Part shown: piece after piece, positions 47,456 to 60,594 of the stretch | Layout: each line of letters begins with the position of its first letter | Numbering within the stretch: the stretch's first letter is position 1 | NCBI GenBank assembly: GCA_002269645.1 | Contig: NIVC01002211.1 | Span: forward strand, 128,045 to 192,044 | Source of the DNA: Macrostomum lignano | Taxonomy: Eukaryota | DNA length: 64,000 nucleotides | Direction of reading: 5' to 3' | Translations under genes and position numbers: made by a program | Notes under the pieces: model-generated | Told to the model about the DNA's origin: nothing | What the model saw: only the letters and a program-made list of their open reading frames with translations | Databases searched by the model: none

Positions 47456-48414
47456 CCAGTGAGCTGGAATAGGCTGCAACAAGTGCATGACTAAACTAAA
47501 CTTGACGACAGACCCTCTTTAGTAGGTTTGTTAAGGCTGGGAACTCTCCTATACATGTAAAATCTGAAGTTACATTGCAAATAATGCGCCCTTATCTGTT
47601 GTTGTGATGCGTTGTACTTTAATTGCAACGCACCAAGTCGCGTTCTGCACATTTAACAGCAGAAATCCTGACCAAGGCCAGTTACGTTTGGTAATACAAG
47701 CTACTGACCACAAGATCTGGTCAATCAACATTGAACAGTTGGTGTACTGTTTCAGGCACTTGTTCGTACACTCGTGTTTCACGATTTAGAAATAGGATCT
47801 CTGCAAGGTTAATCAATGTGCAATATTTACTGGCAAGCTCAAATGCCATAATCTGGGATGAGTTTAGATATTTAAGGAAGTAAATAAATTTGTTTTCACA
47901 GGAGACTTGGCCATCGAAATACTCGTAGTTAACGATTTTATGTCTCTCGATTCATGTCGCAGTTCTAAAAAATCTGTCATAGTAAATACTTCATTTTTTA
48001 AAGAATATTTTTCGCCATTTTCGAGAGAAAAAGTACATTCCTCCAATAGCCCCAGTCTGTTCACTGGGAATCCTTATTAAAGGCTTGTTATTAAGAACGA
48101 CATCAGACTTCCCTTTTCTTTAGCTGGGTGAGCCGAAGACGAACTAATGACCATCTGGAACAGAGTGACATTGTACAGGTGCAGTGCTCGAAGTCTTTTG
48201 CACTAAACATGAGTAGCCCAGTTTTATACTGTAGAAAGTATATAAAGGATGGTTGCAGAAAAACATTATTTTCGGCTCTAACAGAGAATTTGGTGCTGAA
48301 ATATGCAATATTTACCTGCATATTCTGATCAAGCGAGAAGAGGCTATTGGAGCAGCAAGCGATGAAGCCGGATCAATTTCAGCCCTGCGTCTGAGTTTAG
48401 TTAAGCAGAGCAGA

Positions 48415-48491
48415 GTACAACAGTAACAACAGCAACATCATCAACAACAACAACAATAACAGCAACAACAAGAACAATGACAACAAAAAAT

Positions 48492-48539
<48 letters not shown>

Positions 48540-48545
48540 GCAACA
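48415..48545. repeat. (CAA)n microsatellite
   Basis: Direct reading. Confidence 0.92.
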
Positions 48546-49784
48546 TCTGTCGACCTTTACGGACGACCTGGAGCCCCGGCTCCAGCTCCTGCCCGGCGCT
48601 GCGTCTTCGTCGCGGAGGGGAGGCACCCAGACCATCGGGTGTCGAAGAGCGCCGGAAACCCGGACACACAGTGTCCCATCGGCTAGTACGACCTTACCGA
48701 TGGTCACTTGGTGGCGCGGCTCCTGCGTTCTCTCGGCTGGGTCCCCATCTGAAGGAGCCGCACTCCGCAATCAACAGCAACAACAGCAACAAATACAAGA
48801 ACACATACGAGCGTACAAAAACAAAATAACAGCGGCAACAACTAAAAAACAGCAACAGCAAAAACAACAATACGCTGTCGAAATTTATGAAGTTAAATAG
48901 CAATAACAGCGCAACAGGGCGCGCCTCAATGCTCTGCACGAAAGCCGCGCTGCCAACCGAGTCCGGGACGCCAGCGGCAGCCACAATTGCTGTACAGCTG
49001 GTTCAGGTTCAGGTGCAACTGCGGAACTGAGCTGCCCGCGTGTCTCTCGTACTTGTAAATCTTCAGCAGGATGGCGGCAAACATCGCATCAAATATATGT
49101 AGCAACAGCATGTACCAAATTTTCCTAGGAACTGTACGAGTATGAAGAAATCTTTTCATCCCAAGGCGACAAGGGAGATTTTCAGCTGCTGCTAATATTT
49201 CCTTGCTTGCTCTGTTTCCATCGAATGAAATTCACGAAAAAGTCCAAAATAACGGCTATCTGTCTGGTGCAAAATTGCTACAACAGAAATTGAGTATTCT
49301 TGCATCCCGGCTTTTACTCGCACGGCATTCATTGACTGGGCTGATGTAGCTCTGAGTCTTGAAATGTAGCAGAGTTCGCTCGGAGTAAGCTGAGAAAGTT
49401 TTGCAATCCCATGGAATTATGAGAAATTTGACTCACGACATCAGGCTAACTTCTAAATTTTCTTTGAACTCTCGAAATGCAGAACATTTATCAACGAACC
49501 CAAGTATCTAGGGGCCTCGGAGTCAGCCTTATTAACAATTGTCTTTTCAAAGCTATATAAGAAATCAATGAAACAAATGAAGCAGAGTTGAAGAACGCGC
49601 TTCAATGGCCAGCCAATCGTGCCTTTTCCAAGAACTCCCGTGCTCATTTGGCAGATTGGACCAGCTATGCACAGACAGTTCAAATCTTACCTGTCAATTG
49701 TCAAGTTCTCAAGGGTTGCCTAGGGACTTTGAGTTTTTAGACTCGTTTGTAGTTTGTTGGAGCGTTGTGGTGACCCAACAACAG

Positions 49785-50100
49785 AGGATCTGGGAGGGCT
49801 GCGGTGGCCCAGCAGCTGAGGATCTGGGAGGGTGGCCCAGCAGCTGAGGATCTGGGAGGGTGGCCCAGCAGCTGAGGATCTGGGAGGGCGGACCAGCAGC
49901 TGAGGATCTGGGAGGGCGGACCAGCAGCTGAGGATCTGGGAGGCTGGCCCAGCAGCTGAGGATCTGGGAGGGCGGACCAGCAACTGAGGATCTGGGAGGG
50001 CGGACCAGCAGCTGAAGATCTGGGAGGCTGGCCCAGCAGCTGAGGATCTGGGAGGGCGGACCAGCAACTGAAGATCTGGGAGGGCGGAGAAGCAGCTGGG
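49785..50100. repeat. 23-24 bp minisatellite (ccagcagctgaggatctgggagg...)
   Basis: Direct reading; the same family recurs at 52470-52940. Confidence 0.92.
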
Positions 50101-50717
50101 AGGGTGAAATATAAAATCACGGAGTTATTTAGGGCTGCAATAGATATAGTCTTGTAAGATTTAAATTATTCTCAATATAACCTCGTTACGGTCATATTAA
50201 AAGAATACTATAATTTTAAATAATATTGTCCATAACGAAAGTGGTAAATTTGAATAGCTGCTATATGTCTCAATCCGAGAAGCATCATGCTATAGAAAAA
50301 GTGTCTGAGCGTTAATTTTGAATAAATGTAACAAAACAACAGTAGCGATATTAATAATACGTCGTAGATAATATTGTGGAGAGACTTTTGAATAACAAAT
50401 AATATACGTGGGAATTAAAAAAACACAGACAGGGAAAACCGAGACATTCTGTCACCGCCCCAGGGCACTCGCATCTGCCAGGCAAACACTGCATCGCAGA
50501 TGGAGAAGGTTCCTGAATTCACTAGGCGCACGCAAGTCAACTTTGAGTGTTCGGAAATATTCGGGAATATTGATGAAACAGCATGTCTCTGTCCGTCTGT
50601 TACTATTACTTGTAGAAAATCTGTAAATAAAACGAAATTAAAAAATAAAACTGCAATTAACAAAAATTATGCAGTGACTATTCTGAGATTGTAGTGAAAA
50701 TTTTGTCAGCATAAAAT

Positions 50718-51745
50718 GATTGGGTCAGGAAGGATTGGGTCAGGAACGAATGGGTCAGGAAGGAATGGGTCAGGAAGGAGTGGGTCAGGAAGGATTGCGT
50801 CAGGAAGGATTGGGTCAGGAAGGATTGGGTCAGGAAGGATTGGGTCAGGAAGGAATGGGTCAGGAAGGATTGGGTCAGGAAGGATTGGGTCAGGAAGGAA
50901 TAGCACAGGAAGGATTGGGTCAGGAAGGAGTGGGTCAGGAAGGATTGGGTCAGGAAGGATTGGGTCAGGAAGGAGTGGGTCAGGAAGGATTGGGTCAGGA
51001 AGGATTGGGTCAGGAAGGATTGGGTCAGGAACGAATGGGTCAGGAAGGAATGGGTCAGGAAGGAGTGGGTCAGGAAGGATTGGGTCAGGAAGGATTGGGT
51101 CAGGAAGGATTGGGTCAGGAACGAATGGGTCAGGAAGGAATGGGTCAGGAAGGAGTGGGTCAGAAAGGATTGGGTCAGGAAGGATTGGGTCAGGAAGGAT
51201 TGGGTCAGGAAGGATTGGGTCAGGAAGGATTGGGTCAGGAAGGATTGGGTCAGGAAGGATTGGGTCAGGAAGGATTGGGTCAGGAAGGATTGGGTCAGGA
51301 AGGATTGGGTCAGGAAGGATTGGGTCAGGAAGGATTGGGTCAGGAAGGAGTGGGTCAGGAAGGATTGGGTCAGGAAGGATTGGGTCAGGAAGGAATAGGA
51401 CAGGAAGGATTGGGTCAGGAAGGAGTGGGTCAGGAAGGATTGGGTCAGGAAGGAGTGGGTCAGGAAAGAATGGGTCAGGAAGGATTGGGTCAGGAAGGAT
51501 TGGGTCAGGAAGGAATAGGACAGGAAGGAATGGGTCAGGAAGGAGTGGGTCAGGAAAGAATGGGTCAGGAAGGAATGGGTCAGGAGGGAATGGGTCAGGA
51601 AGGAATGGGTCAGGAGGGAATGGTTCAGGAAGGAATGGGTCAGGAAGGATTGGGTCAGGAAGGAATGGGTCAGGAAGGATTGGGTCAGGAAGGATTGGGT
51701 CAGGAAGGAATGGGTCAGGAAGGAATGGGTCAGAAAGGGAATGAA
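50718..51745. repeat. 15-bp minisatellite (gggtcaggaaggatt), ~68 copies
   Basis: Direct reading. Confidence 0.96.
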
Positions 51746-51939
51746 AAGTTCAAAGGTTGAAAGTACAATAAACAAGTCAAAAGGTCAAGACGCAGCTGCT
51801 GTTCACTTGATAAAAACCAATGTAACCGTATCAAAAAAGGTCAAAAGAGATGAAATCTAAATTAAACAACGCAGCACCATCTTAGAGCGTTACAACTGGA
51901 AAAGAATAACAAACAAAATTTGGCACCAATTCAATTTCT

Positions 51940-54558
51940 TCAACAATCGGCCGAAGAACCCGTCACCGACTGGCTAACCGCGCGGTCAGCCGGCGCCAGA
52001 AGCGCGGCCGTCTCGGACGCCGCCGCCTCCAGGCCGATCAGGGCGCGCCTGGCCGCTTCGGCTTGACTCCGCAAGCAGGCGGCCACGGCGGCCCGCAGCT
52101 CGACATCGCGACGACGATCGGCTCTGGCGAGCTCCCGTCTGGCCGCCTGCGACACCGCCTCGAAGTCGAGCTGTCGGCGTTCGACTTCATCTTCAAAAGC
52201 CTCGATGTCGGCCGGGCTGGGGCCGGAAGCGGCGGCGCGACCGGCCAGCTCGGCGCGAATTCGGGCCTCCCGGCGCTTGTTTAGCGCCGTTTCGGCGTCG
52301 GAGAGAGCGCGGCGAGCGCGCGCCCGCTCAGTCAGGCAGTCGCGCTGGCTGGCGAGGCCGTCGTTATGGTCGGCGAGAAGGTCGCAGAGTTCGAGCTCTT
52401 CAACTTCAGCTTGGGACGCCTTCGTTGCGATGGAAGGGGACGGGGATAGAGGCGAATGTATTAAATGCCCAGCAACTGAGGATCTGGGAGGTGGGCCCAG
52501 CAGCTGAGGATCTGGGAGGCTGGCCTAGCAGCTGAGGATTTGGGAGGCTGGCCTAGCAACTGAGGATCTGGGAGGTGGGCCCAGCAGCTGAGGATCTGGG
52601 AGGTGGGCCCAGCAGCTGAGGATTTGGGAGGCTGGCCCAGCAACTGAGGATCTGGGAGGTGGGCCCAGCAGCTGAGGATCTGGGAGGCTGGCCTAGCAGC
52701 TGAGGATTTGGGAGGCTGGCCTAGCAACTGAGGATCTGGAAGGTGGGCCCAGCAGCTGAGGATCTGGGAGGTGGGCCCAGCAGCTGAGGATCTGGGAGGC
52801 TGGCCTAGCAGCTGAGGATTTGGGAGGCTGGCCTAGCAACTGAGGATCTGGGAGGCTAGCCTAGCAACTGAGGATCTGGGAAGCTGGCCTAGCTGAGGCC
52901 AGCTGAGCTGATCCTGAGCTGAGCTGAGGATCTGGGAGGATTAAGGCCAAAAGAGATGAAGGAGTACTCATCCTTGCCGCACCTGCAGCTGGCACAAGCT
53001 GATAATGGACTGCGCCATGCGGCCCAGTGCGAGTCCTAATTCAGCATTCCGCTGCGTGCCGGCCAAGCGTCCGAGATTCTCGGCCAGCCGGCCAGTCTGG
53101 CTGGCGTAAGTGCGCCTCTGCCCGGCCACGGATTCCAGACAGGCGCGCAGGCGGCCGAGGCGTCCGGCCGCTTCGTCCAGCTCGTCGTAGCGGTCGGCGA
53201 ACCACTTGGGAATTCGGATGAGACGGCGAGAGAGCGGGTAGAATTAATTATAAGAGAAATGCTCGAAAATTTTAAGTCGCCTTATCCTGGCTACTTAAAA
53301 GTAAAAAGTTACGCAAATTAACAGAATTTTTGTACATGTATTTATAAAACTCTCATCTGTCAAGACATGAGAAAATGGGAAACATATGGCTTTTTTGAGG
53401 ACCTGGGCCTGTGAGGATCTGCCAAGTAACTGGCTCGTAAGGTTGGAGGTGTGTTGTCTTCCGTGCAATCGGGCAATCCCGTGCTGCCGTCCCCTGCCCC
53501 CTCCTGTGCAGAGCACTCCTTAGGCTCAACCGCAGTGGTCTTAGAGCAGTCAGCATGGCCCTCTTCAGGACCCGGTACCTCTATCTGCCACTGCCCTGTC
53601 TTCAACAGGGCTAGGCTCACTCACCTCGAGCCAAACCTGGTTCTCCCCCCGACGTTTGAACGCAAAGAGAGCATAACTCAGGTACCTCAGGGGCACGAAG
53701 ACAAGCTGAGTTCTTCCCCTACCGCCGGTGAGGAGGACCGAGGCCGACGGGTTCCCCTGAGGGCTAGCGGAATGGGCGGTCCCCTCCGCTTCCTCGCTGC
53801 ATCCGCTGGTCGGTGCCCCCTGCAGCTACGAGTAAGTCAGGCCTTCAGCCAGGCTTGGAGCTGCAGTTCCCCACTTACCTCATCGGGCTCCTCGTCGGCA
53901 GCCAGAGCTCCTTGAAGCCCCAGCGCAGCCACCGAGTCGCCGATGGAGGCAGCCAGAGCTCGAACGGCCCGACGCCGCCGCTGCCGCTCGAAGCCACAGC
54001 GGGTTGCCCGTCCCATCCTTCGAGAAAGTCGAGCAACTCCCGGCTGTTCCTCAGGTCGGGATGGTCGGCGCAGCGCGCCAAAAAGCGCGCCAGGCGGGCT
54101 CGGCGCCGATCGGCGAAGCTGACTGACTGCTGGACGGAGGAGTTCGAAGCTTCGCCCGAGTCGCCGCCACCGCCGCCGAAGATTCGAGCCCGGGCGGCCT
54201 CAGCCAGCGGCCGGTCGGGCGGGCGAGCCGGCAGGACGACGCCGAACTTGGCGAATCCGTCGTGCAGGCGGCTCCACAGGCTGACGAAGTCGGCGAAACG
54301 GCGCCTGATGGAGCCCTCGGAGCTGGCGAACTGCGGCAGGTTGGTCCGGTAGCTGACAGTGTACACAGCTTGGGTCGTGTGGCCTCCAGTAGGGACGTCT
54401 CCAGGACCAACATGCACAGCGAGAAATTGCTGCTCACCAGTCTCAGAAGTCGCTGGTGGCGAATTGTTTTGCTGCTTCTCCAGTAGAAGTGTTGGCGGGA
54501 GATTCTTTTCTTCATTGGAGACACTTTGGTCAATTGGGCTTGACTCATCTCCGGACAT
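51940..54558 (-). CDS. SNX1/SNX2 (Vps5)-like PX-BAR sorting nexin, 3 exons; apparent -1 frameshift at 53968-53970
   Basis: Exons 54558-53879, 53204-52983, 52419-51940. PX: YTVSYRT, RRRFADFVSLWSRL, PARP, RRRARLARFL..HP.L...FLE. BAR: EEPDE/WF, ALNKRRE, DFEAVSQAARRE. One added G restores the phase-0 junction and SNX1-like text (VRALAASIGDSV). Confidence 0.85.
52470..52940. repeat. 23-24 bp minisatellite in sorting nexin intron 2 (same family as 49785-50100)
   Basis: Direct reading. Confidence 0.93.
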
Positions 54559-57500
54559 GTTTCAAGTTTTATAAGATCTGGAATTATAATGGGCTCCTAA
54601 TGTAAATCTTGATAAGATCTTCGCCATTTAAAATGATTATAATACTAACAGGCTGGTTAATAATGAGTATTGCGCTATGGGATAAACTATAGGATTCGAT
54701 CTCAGTGGACAACACCAGTTAAGAAAGAGTTTATATGACAGAATAGGTTAAAGAATTGTTGTAGGCTTGAATCTCAATTTTTGACACTTTAGAAAGTAAA
54801 AGAGAGATAGATTTTTTTTAATAAAATGCATGATTTAGGTTCTAAAAAATAAGAAATATAAGATAGACAGAAAGATGAGAGAAATACACTTGGAAATAGC
54901 ATACATTTGGAAAATTTGAACAACAAAAACACTAGGAATGTTTTCTTGAACATTGAATACAAGAAATAATATTATAAAATTCAGTTTTATTTTAAAACAT
55001 AATATCAAAAAAGTGTTTTCTAGCCTTTAATGGAACGAAAACGGTTAATATTTTTCAGTTCAAAGTCTTGAGCTATTTTTTTCACTTCAACAGGAGCTTT
55101 TGTTACGAAATTAAATTTCGTCGATACGGTAGCTACGAAAATAATGGCCTAGCTTACATTTTAAAGTTACAGCTGTTGCTTTAAAAATTGTAACAGTCAA
55201 GGTGCAGTATTTGAGTCTGATGTACGAGTAAAATCAATCAGGACCAGTGTACAATAAGCATTTCTTTTTTGCCAGCTAACTGCTATGCAGTGACACAGAA
55301 GCCACGAACGAAGCGACCTGCGATCTTCTAGCTAGCATGTTTTTATATTTAAAGCAGCTCCATTTGCAAAAGTTAAACTGCGGGAGGAACGCAACTTTTT
55401 AATTAAAACAAATCGATAGGAGCTTTATGTAGATGAATTTGTGACTTTTGTTAAATAATTCTTCTCAGTCTTGCTGTGTGAATTTTATTGAAAAAATATG
55501 TTTTGGAAAATTTTAGTCTAGGACATGGGATGGCTAAATCGTTAAAAGTACATACGACTACGAGCGTATCTATAGGCCTAGCCAGTTTTTTTGTAACGAT
55601 TAATAACGAACCAACATTTAATTGCAAGGTGTCGAAAGGGAACAGCTGCATAAGCGTAACAATGCACACTTAAAATGCGATTCGATTTTGGGGAAGTAAC
55701 TGGGTACTGTCGCCATACGCGGACGAGGATTACCAACGTACTACAACGCCAGCTACAGGCCGCATTCATTCAATAATTCGTTTTAATAAAAAAGTATTTA
55801 TGCAGCTTAGCATTGCCCTACTACCACGTTGTTATCAATATTATTTCATGCATATAATGAATACATATATTGATAGCGAGGTGAAATCTCCTCCCCCAAA
55901 TGGAAATTACTGTTATCGCGATAAACATCATCGCGATTTTTATAAATTGCATACAGCTACGCAACATACATATCGCTATTTCTCCAATTATTTAAAATAA
56001 GCAGATTTATGGATCTGATGAATATTGCCAAATACAAAACTGCGTTGATAAAACCACCTATTGTTGCCGGAGACTCAAAGGAAGTTTTCTGAACAAGTAT
56101 TTTCTCTGATCTAGAAGTTATAGTGACAAAATTTCTATACCATATCTCGAATCTTTTTATTTAGAAATAAGCTATAAATATGGTTACATATGGCGTCATT
56201 AACTGCAAAAGTTATTAGTGCACAAAATTAGTACAGTTAAACATGCATATGCAAGCAGCCACAGAATATTTTAGCATTATTCTCACTTATGTACGTCTTA
56301 GGCAAAATATTGGTGTTCTATTGTATTTGTTATATTATGTATTTACATGAATTCAAAACTAAAATTGTGTACTTATAGTAAAAAGCAAAATAAAGAAACA
56401 ACATATAAACTTTTGCATAAATTTTTTTCGAAAAAAACTTATTACTGTACAAAAATTGTGGCCTGAAATTTTCTAATTTTTAAGCATTCAACTTCTGGCA
56501 ATAATCAGTTGAGAAAAGTCAGTGTTTTTCAAACGCGATTCAAGCAAAAGTCTTTACCAAGTTAGAATGTTTACTAATCGAAATCAAAACCGGACACATA
56601 AACCTCCGCGTTACAGTAAATCTTACGAAATCCCAGCATCGCGTCCTCGGTCGATTTCACTAGCAAGTAACTCTTGGAATCAGTAGCCGATAATTTTGCG
56701 TACACTTCCGGAACTTGAAAATCGAGCGTGCACTTAACATTTTTGACTGGTGAAGGCTGCAGGCAACCTCTGGGACTGCTTGGTAGCTTCCTCGGGATTC
56801 GATCTGTAACAAGAAGCGTCTGAGCGTAGGGCTCAACGTCGGGCTTCGAACGCAGGCAAGCTGCCTTGAGCACTGGCGGCGGTGCAGTAATAGTTGGATA
56901 GAATAGCCACAAAAGCAGAAGTATGAAGTTTATATGCAAGTAGGCGCACATCCTTGTATTCCTTAGCTTTTATTTTTTAAGATTGCGTCTGCCAGAAGTT
57001 CTCAGCTTGGTTTTAGATCTTTTCGTCCTAATCGCATGGTTAAAATAACAACTAAAAAATAGACTATAATTAAGAACACGGAGCAAAAATGACCGCAGAA
57101 ATGTGTCTCTACCGCAATTAACGTTAGCATAATATAAACCCGCACCATTCGGTACACTTCATTTTATCTAATGGCGTTAGAAATCTTCTCAAGCGTACAC
57201 AGGATAGAGCCGGACGCAACAGACCAATGCTTGATTAAAAAAACTTAAAACATGATAAGCACAAACTACATAGTACGAGCACGAGTACAATACTTACCTT
57301 GACCTGCGTTCCGTTTGCAGAATGAACAGACAGATTCCATGCAGATGTACAAAAGTGCAATAAAAGAATAATAAACAACTAAGCATAAATTTGCATTTCT
57401 TCGACAACGCCTAGATTGGGCACAGCAAACTGCTATAAACCCATGCAGGCTGTCAAAAGTTTTTATCCTTGATCTTTTATGCGAGCGTGCAAACCTAAGG

Positions 57501-57998
57501 AGTAGCTATAGGGTAAAATGAATACCTGTTTACAGCATAGGACAGCAAAAATCTGTACAGTTCTAAATCGCTTATTAGAAAAGGCAGTTCTTCCTATAAT
57601 ATCCAGGAAATTATTGGGTCAAACCAAGGTATCGAACTCTTTGCAAAAAATTTCAGTTAAATATGTACGAGTACCTGTGTACACGTATAATTAAGTCATT
57701 CAGTTACTTTTAATGCAAGAAATTCCCATAGAGGGGGTGCTGGGCAGATGAGACCTTTTTCAGCTACAAACGCCGAGTTATTTATGTGTTATTATAGTTA
57801 GTTGTGAGTTACTTGGGCATGATTGAGCGTAAAGGCGTAAAGCTGATTGCACATCGGATAGATGAGAAGCAACCAAATCAGGGTGTAAGATGGTTCTGTT
57901 TTTATGTACCGGTACGAGTGCTACTCGTTAATTGACGCTTTTCTTACCTTCTGTCTGGAATTCCTAACGACGAGTACGAATGAAGCTGGACTTCATTT

Positions 57999-59224
57999 TG
58001 CTCCGATATTTTTTCAGTTCGTCATTGTCGCAAAGCGAGCTGTGACATTGCTTTTCACTGACCCTGAGCACGCACATGCACCTGGTATGTACGATCTGCG
58101 GACCCTCCTACTAATATTTCTGAGATTGGCCGTCAAGCACAAAAGAGATACCTATAAATATTTGAAGTATAGGTGTCTTGCCTGTGGTTGTCTAGAAGTC
58201 TTCAATAGAATCGCTGCCACCAATGAAGTACAGGCTTCTTCGATGTCGACTAGAGATGGCATGGTAGGTCTCCTAGCGCTGGGCGGTGACCTCTAGCTGG
58301 CGGTTTCTTAGAAACTAGTTCTCGTAGCGTAGGTAGTGCTGCCATCAGCTTCGCAGAGTCGCAGCCTTCGGTGAGGTGCGATAACTAAGACGAGAGAGAA
58401 AGTCAAGCACTTCGTGCAGATTTAGCAGTCTTCGAGTAGAAGCGTCCGCAGTCAGCAGTCCCTGCCGGGCAAGTGCGGGGTTAGAGCGATGGTGCTAGCT
58501 TCGGGCGATCTAAGCTGCCCTGCTACTAATAGATAGCAGGAACAATTTGAAGCAGGCACACGCAAAGTCGGGAGTCTGGAGAGTCAAACTTAGGCTCAAA
58601 CTTGGCACACAAACTTAGAGACTTGAACTGAGAGAATCTCGGAGGAAGGGCTGAGGAACGATGAGAGGGGCTGCATTTATAGGGAGAATCGATTGCACCA
58701 CTTTAGGAAAGACCCCCGCTGAGAGTCACCTCTGACTCTGATGCTAATTTTAGCAACAAGCGAGCGGGTTCTGCCTCAGAGGAGGCAAGGGGGTCCGGGC
58801 GCACGTGATCTCCCCATAAACGCGAGCCCATGCGTACAATGATGAAATCATTGCACTTTGGACTAAAGAAGGAAGAATGCCCTGTCATGTGACTGGTTCA
58901 CATGACAAGGGGGGAAAGGCCCACAAGTGAAAGCACTCGTGACTTTGGAACCGGAAAACAGGACAGCACTCCAAATTTGGAGATGCCAAACAGAGAACGA
59001 AACAGAGGCAGGCCAGACCAAGCTGTCTGGGCACTGCAAAACGGGAGCACAAGACAAAAGGGGGCAAACGAGGACAAACAGACAGACAGGCAAACGGGCA
59101 ATGGACAGGCCAGAGGACAGGCGGGAAGGGACAGGCAACTGCCCAGCGGCAGACAGAAGCCTGGGGCGAGGGCGAGGGAACCAGCTGACTAGTACGGCGC
59201 CTAACTAAATAGCGACTCACTACA
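57999..59224 (-). mobile_element. Possible solo LTR (~1.2 kb)
   Basis: TG...CA ends flanked by CATTT on both sides (57994-57998, 59225-59229); TATA-like ccctataaat on the minus strand near 58675-58684; GC content higher than the flanks. The terminal inverted repeat is poor. Confidence 0.4.
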
Positions 59225-59801
59225 CATTTTGTGCACGTAAACCCAAACCGCCAAGTTAGCGTGGTTGCGTCTTCGTTTCAAAGCCAAGCCAATTAGCCAA
59301 GACAAAAGCCACGAAAACAAGCATTATGAGCTAAAACAGATATAAAATCATTCTACTTATTACATAAGTGAACTTTTGCAAACTGTTTGCAGCTTGTTTA
59401 ATTTGATATTTAGCGGCTGATTTTGCTTCAGATACTGAAGTCTTAGAGTAAATTATAGAAATTCACAATAATAGAATACATTTGTACGGATAATCATCAA
59501 ATATAATCCTAATTATAGGAAGACCTCTCAATAGGAAGACCTTAGCAACGGTTTGCTTTGAGTAAAAACAGCATTACGGAGTGGCTGCGCAAAGTGCTCC
59601 AATGCGAAGCAAGAACAATGCAATGTTAAGAGCGGTGTTATTGCGTGTGTTGTCATCAGGGATACTTATATCGTCCGAGAGGAAACGACACCGGGGCACT
59701 GAGTAGGTTGCAGTGGCGAGGTCAACATTGGAGTTTTGTGTTTTTAACCTAATTAATATAATTAAGAGCCCTTACGCATCTGAATGCAATCAGCCCCAAT
59801 C

Positions 59802-59808
59802 TATAAAA
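59802..59808 (+). promoter_or_regulatory. TATA box upstream of lectin paralog 1
   Basis: TATAAAA ~70 bp before the signal-like stretch; same arrangement at 63276. Confidence 0.5.
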
Positions 59809-59877
59809 GACAGCATCGGCCACAAATCGTCAACAAACAATTAAGCTGATCGTGAGCTGCGGGAATAAATTTCCACG

Positions 59878-60594
59878 GTGGCAGCAGCAGTCGTTTTTGT
59901 CTGCACCGCTGCTACCAACCAGTACGCTGGAATCAACGGCTACCTGTGCGTCCAGAGCGCCTTTGTACAGACTGGCAGCTTTGCCTGGACTAGGCTGCAG
60001 TGCGCCTCGGCCTGCAGCGTTAATCCGCTTTGTCAAGCGTTCTCCATGGCCGACGGTCCGTGCCAGCTGTTCGTGTTCAACCAGTGCAGCAAATACGTGC
60101 GAAACTGCACCTGCAGTCGGACAGGCCGAGTGTACGTCAAGCAACAGCCGGGACTGCCGCCCGGAGCTCTGTGTCCGGCTGGCTACTCTAACGACTACTG
60201 CGGCACAAAGTACAAGTATTACGATGGAATGAAGGATTGGAATGAGAGCAGAATTGCAATCAACGCCGAGCCGGGACTGACTGTCATGGCCGAGGCGGGC
60301 GACGCAATCGAGCTCGCCCATCTGAAGAGCATAGTTAATGCGAATAGTTCGCTAATGCAGAAGCTATTTCTGGGCGGTCGTCGAGCTAACTGCAGCTCGC
60401 TCGCATTGGAAGGCTGGGTCTGGACCGGCTGTCATGGAATTTTCCAAGGCGACTTGTGGAGCTCTGGCGAACCGAATGGCGGGACAGAGTGCGTTACTGT
60501 AGTTGGCAGCTTGTACTCGAAGATGATAGACGGGCATTTCTACGATTTCACAATGTCTGGCAGTCTGGGCCAGTGCAGCTCTCCGTTTGACTGA
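59878..60594 (+). CDS. Secreted PAN/Apple + C-type lectin domain protein (paralog 1; start codon unresolved)
   Basis: Hydrophobic N-terminus, PAN-like CASAC-x5-CQAFS-x5-CQL, CPAGY linker, FLGG, WVW, WSSGEPN, ECV; intronless. There is an in-frame TAA at 59866 and no ATG before the hydrophobic stretch. Confidence 0.8.
   Translation: MAAAVVFVCTAATNQYAGINGYLCVQSAFVQTGSFAWTRLQCASACSVNPLCQAFSMADGPCQLFVFNQCSKYVRNCTCSRTGRVYVKQQPGLPPGALCPAGYSNDYCGTKYKYYDGMKDWNESRIAINAEPGLTVMAEAGDAIELAHLKSIVNANSSLMQKLFLGGRRANCSSLALEGWVWTGCHGIFQGDLWSSGEPNGGTECVTVVGSLYSKMIDGHFYDFTMSGSLGQCSSPFD

Noticed and set aside
50678-51775. Long ORFs (GSGRI, GQEGL, TQSFL repeats) resembling collagen or silk
   Set aside because: Pure 15-bp minisatellite open in several frames on both strands, with no unique flanking coding sequence or splice support.
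57904-58296. 130-aa plus-strand ORF
   Set aside because: No motif or splice support, and it lies mostly within the putative LTR.
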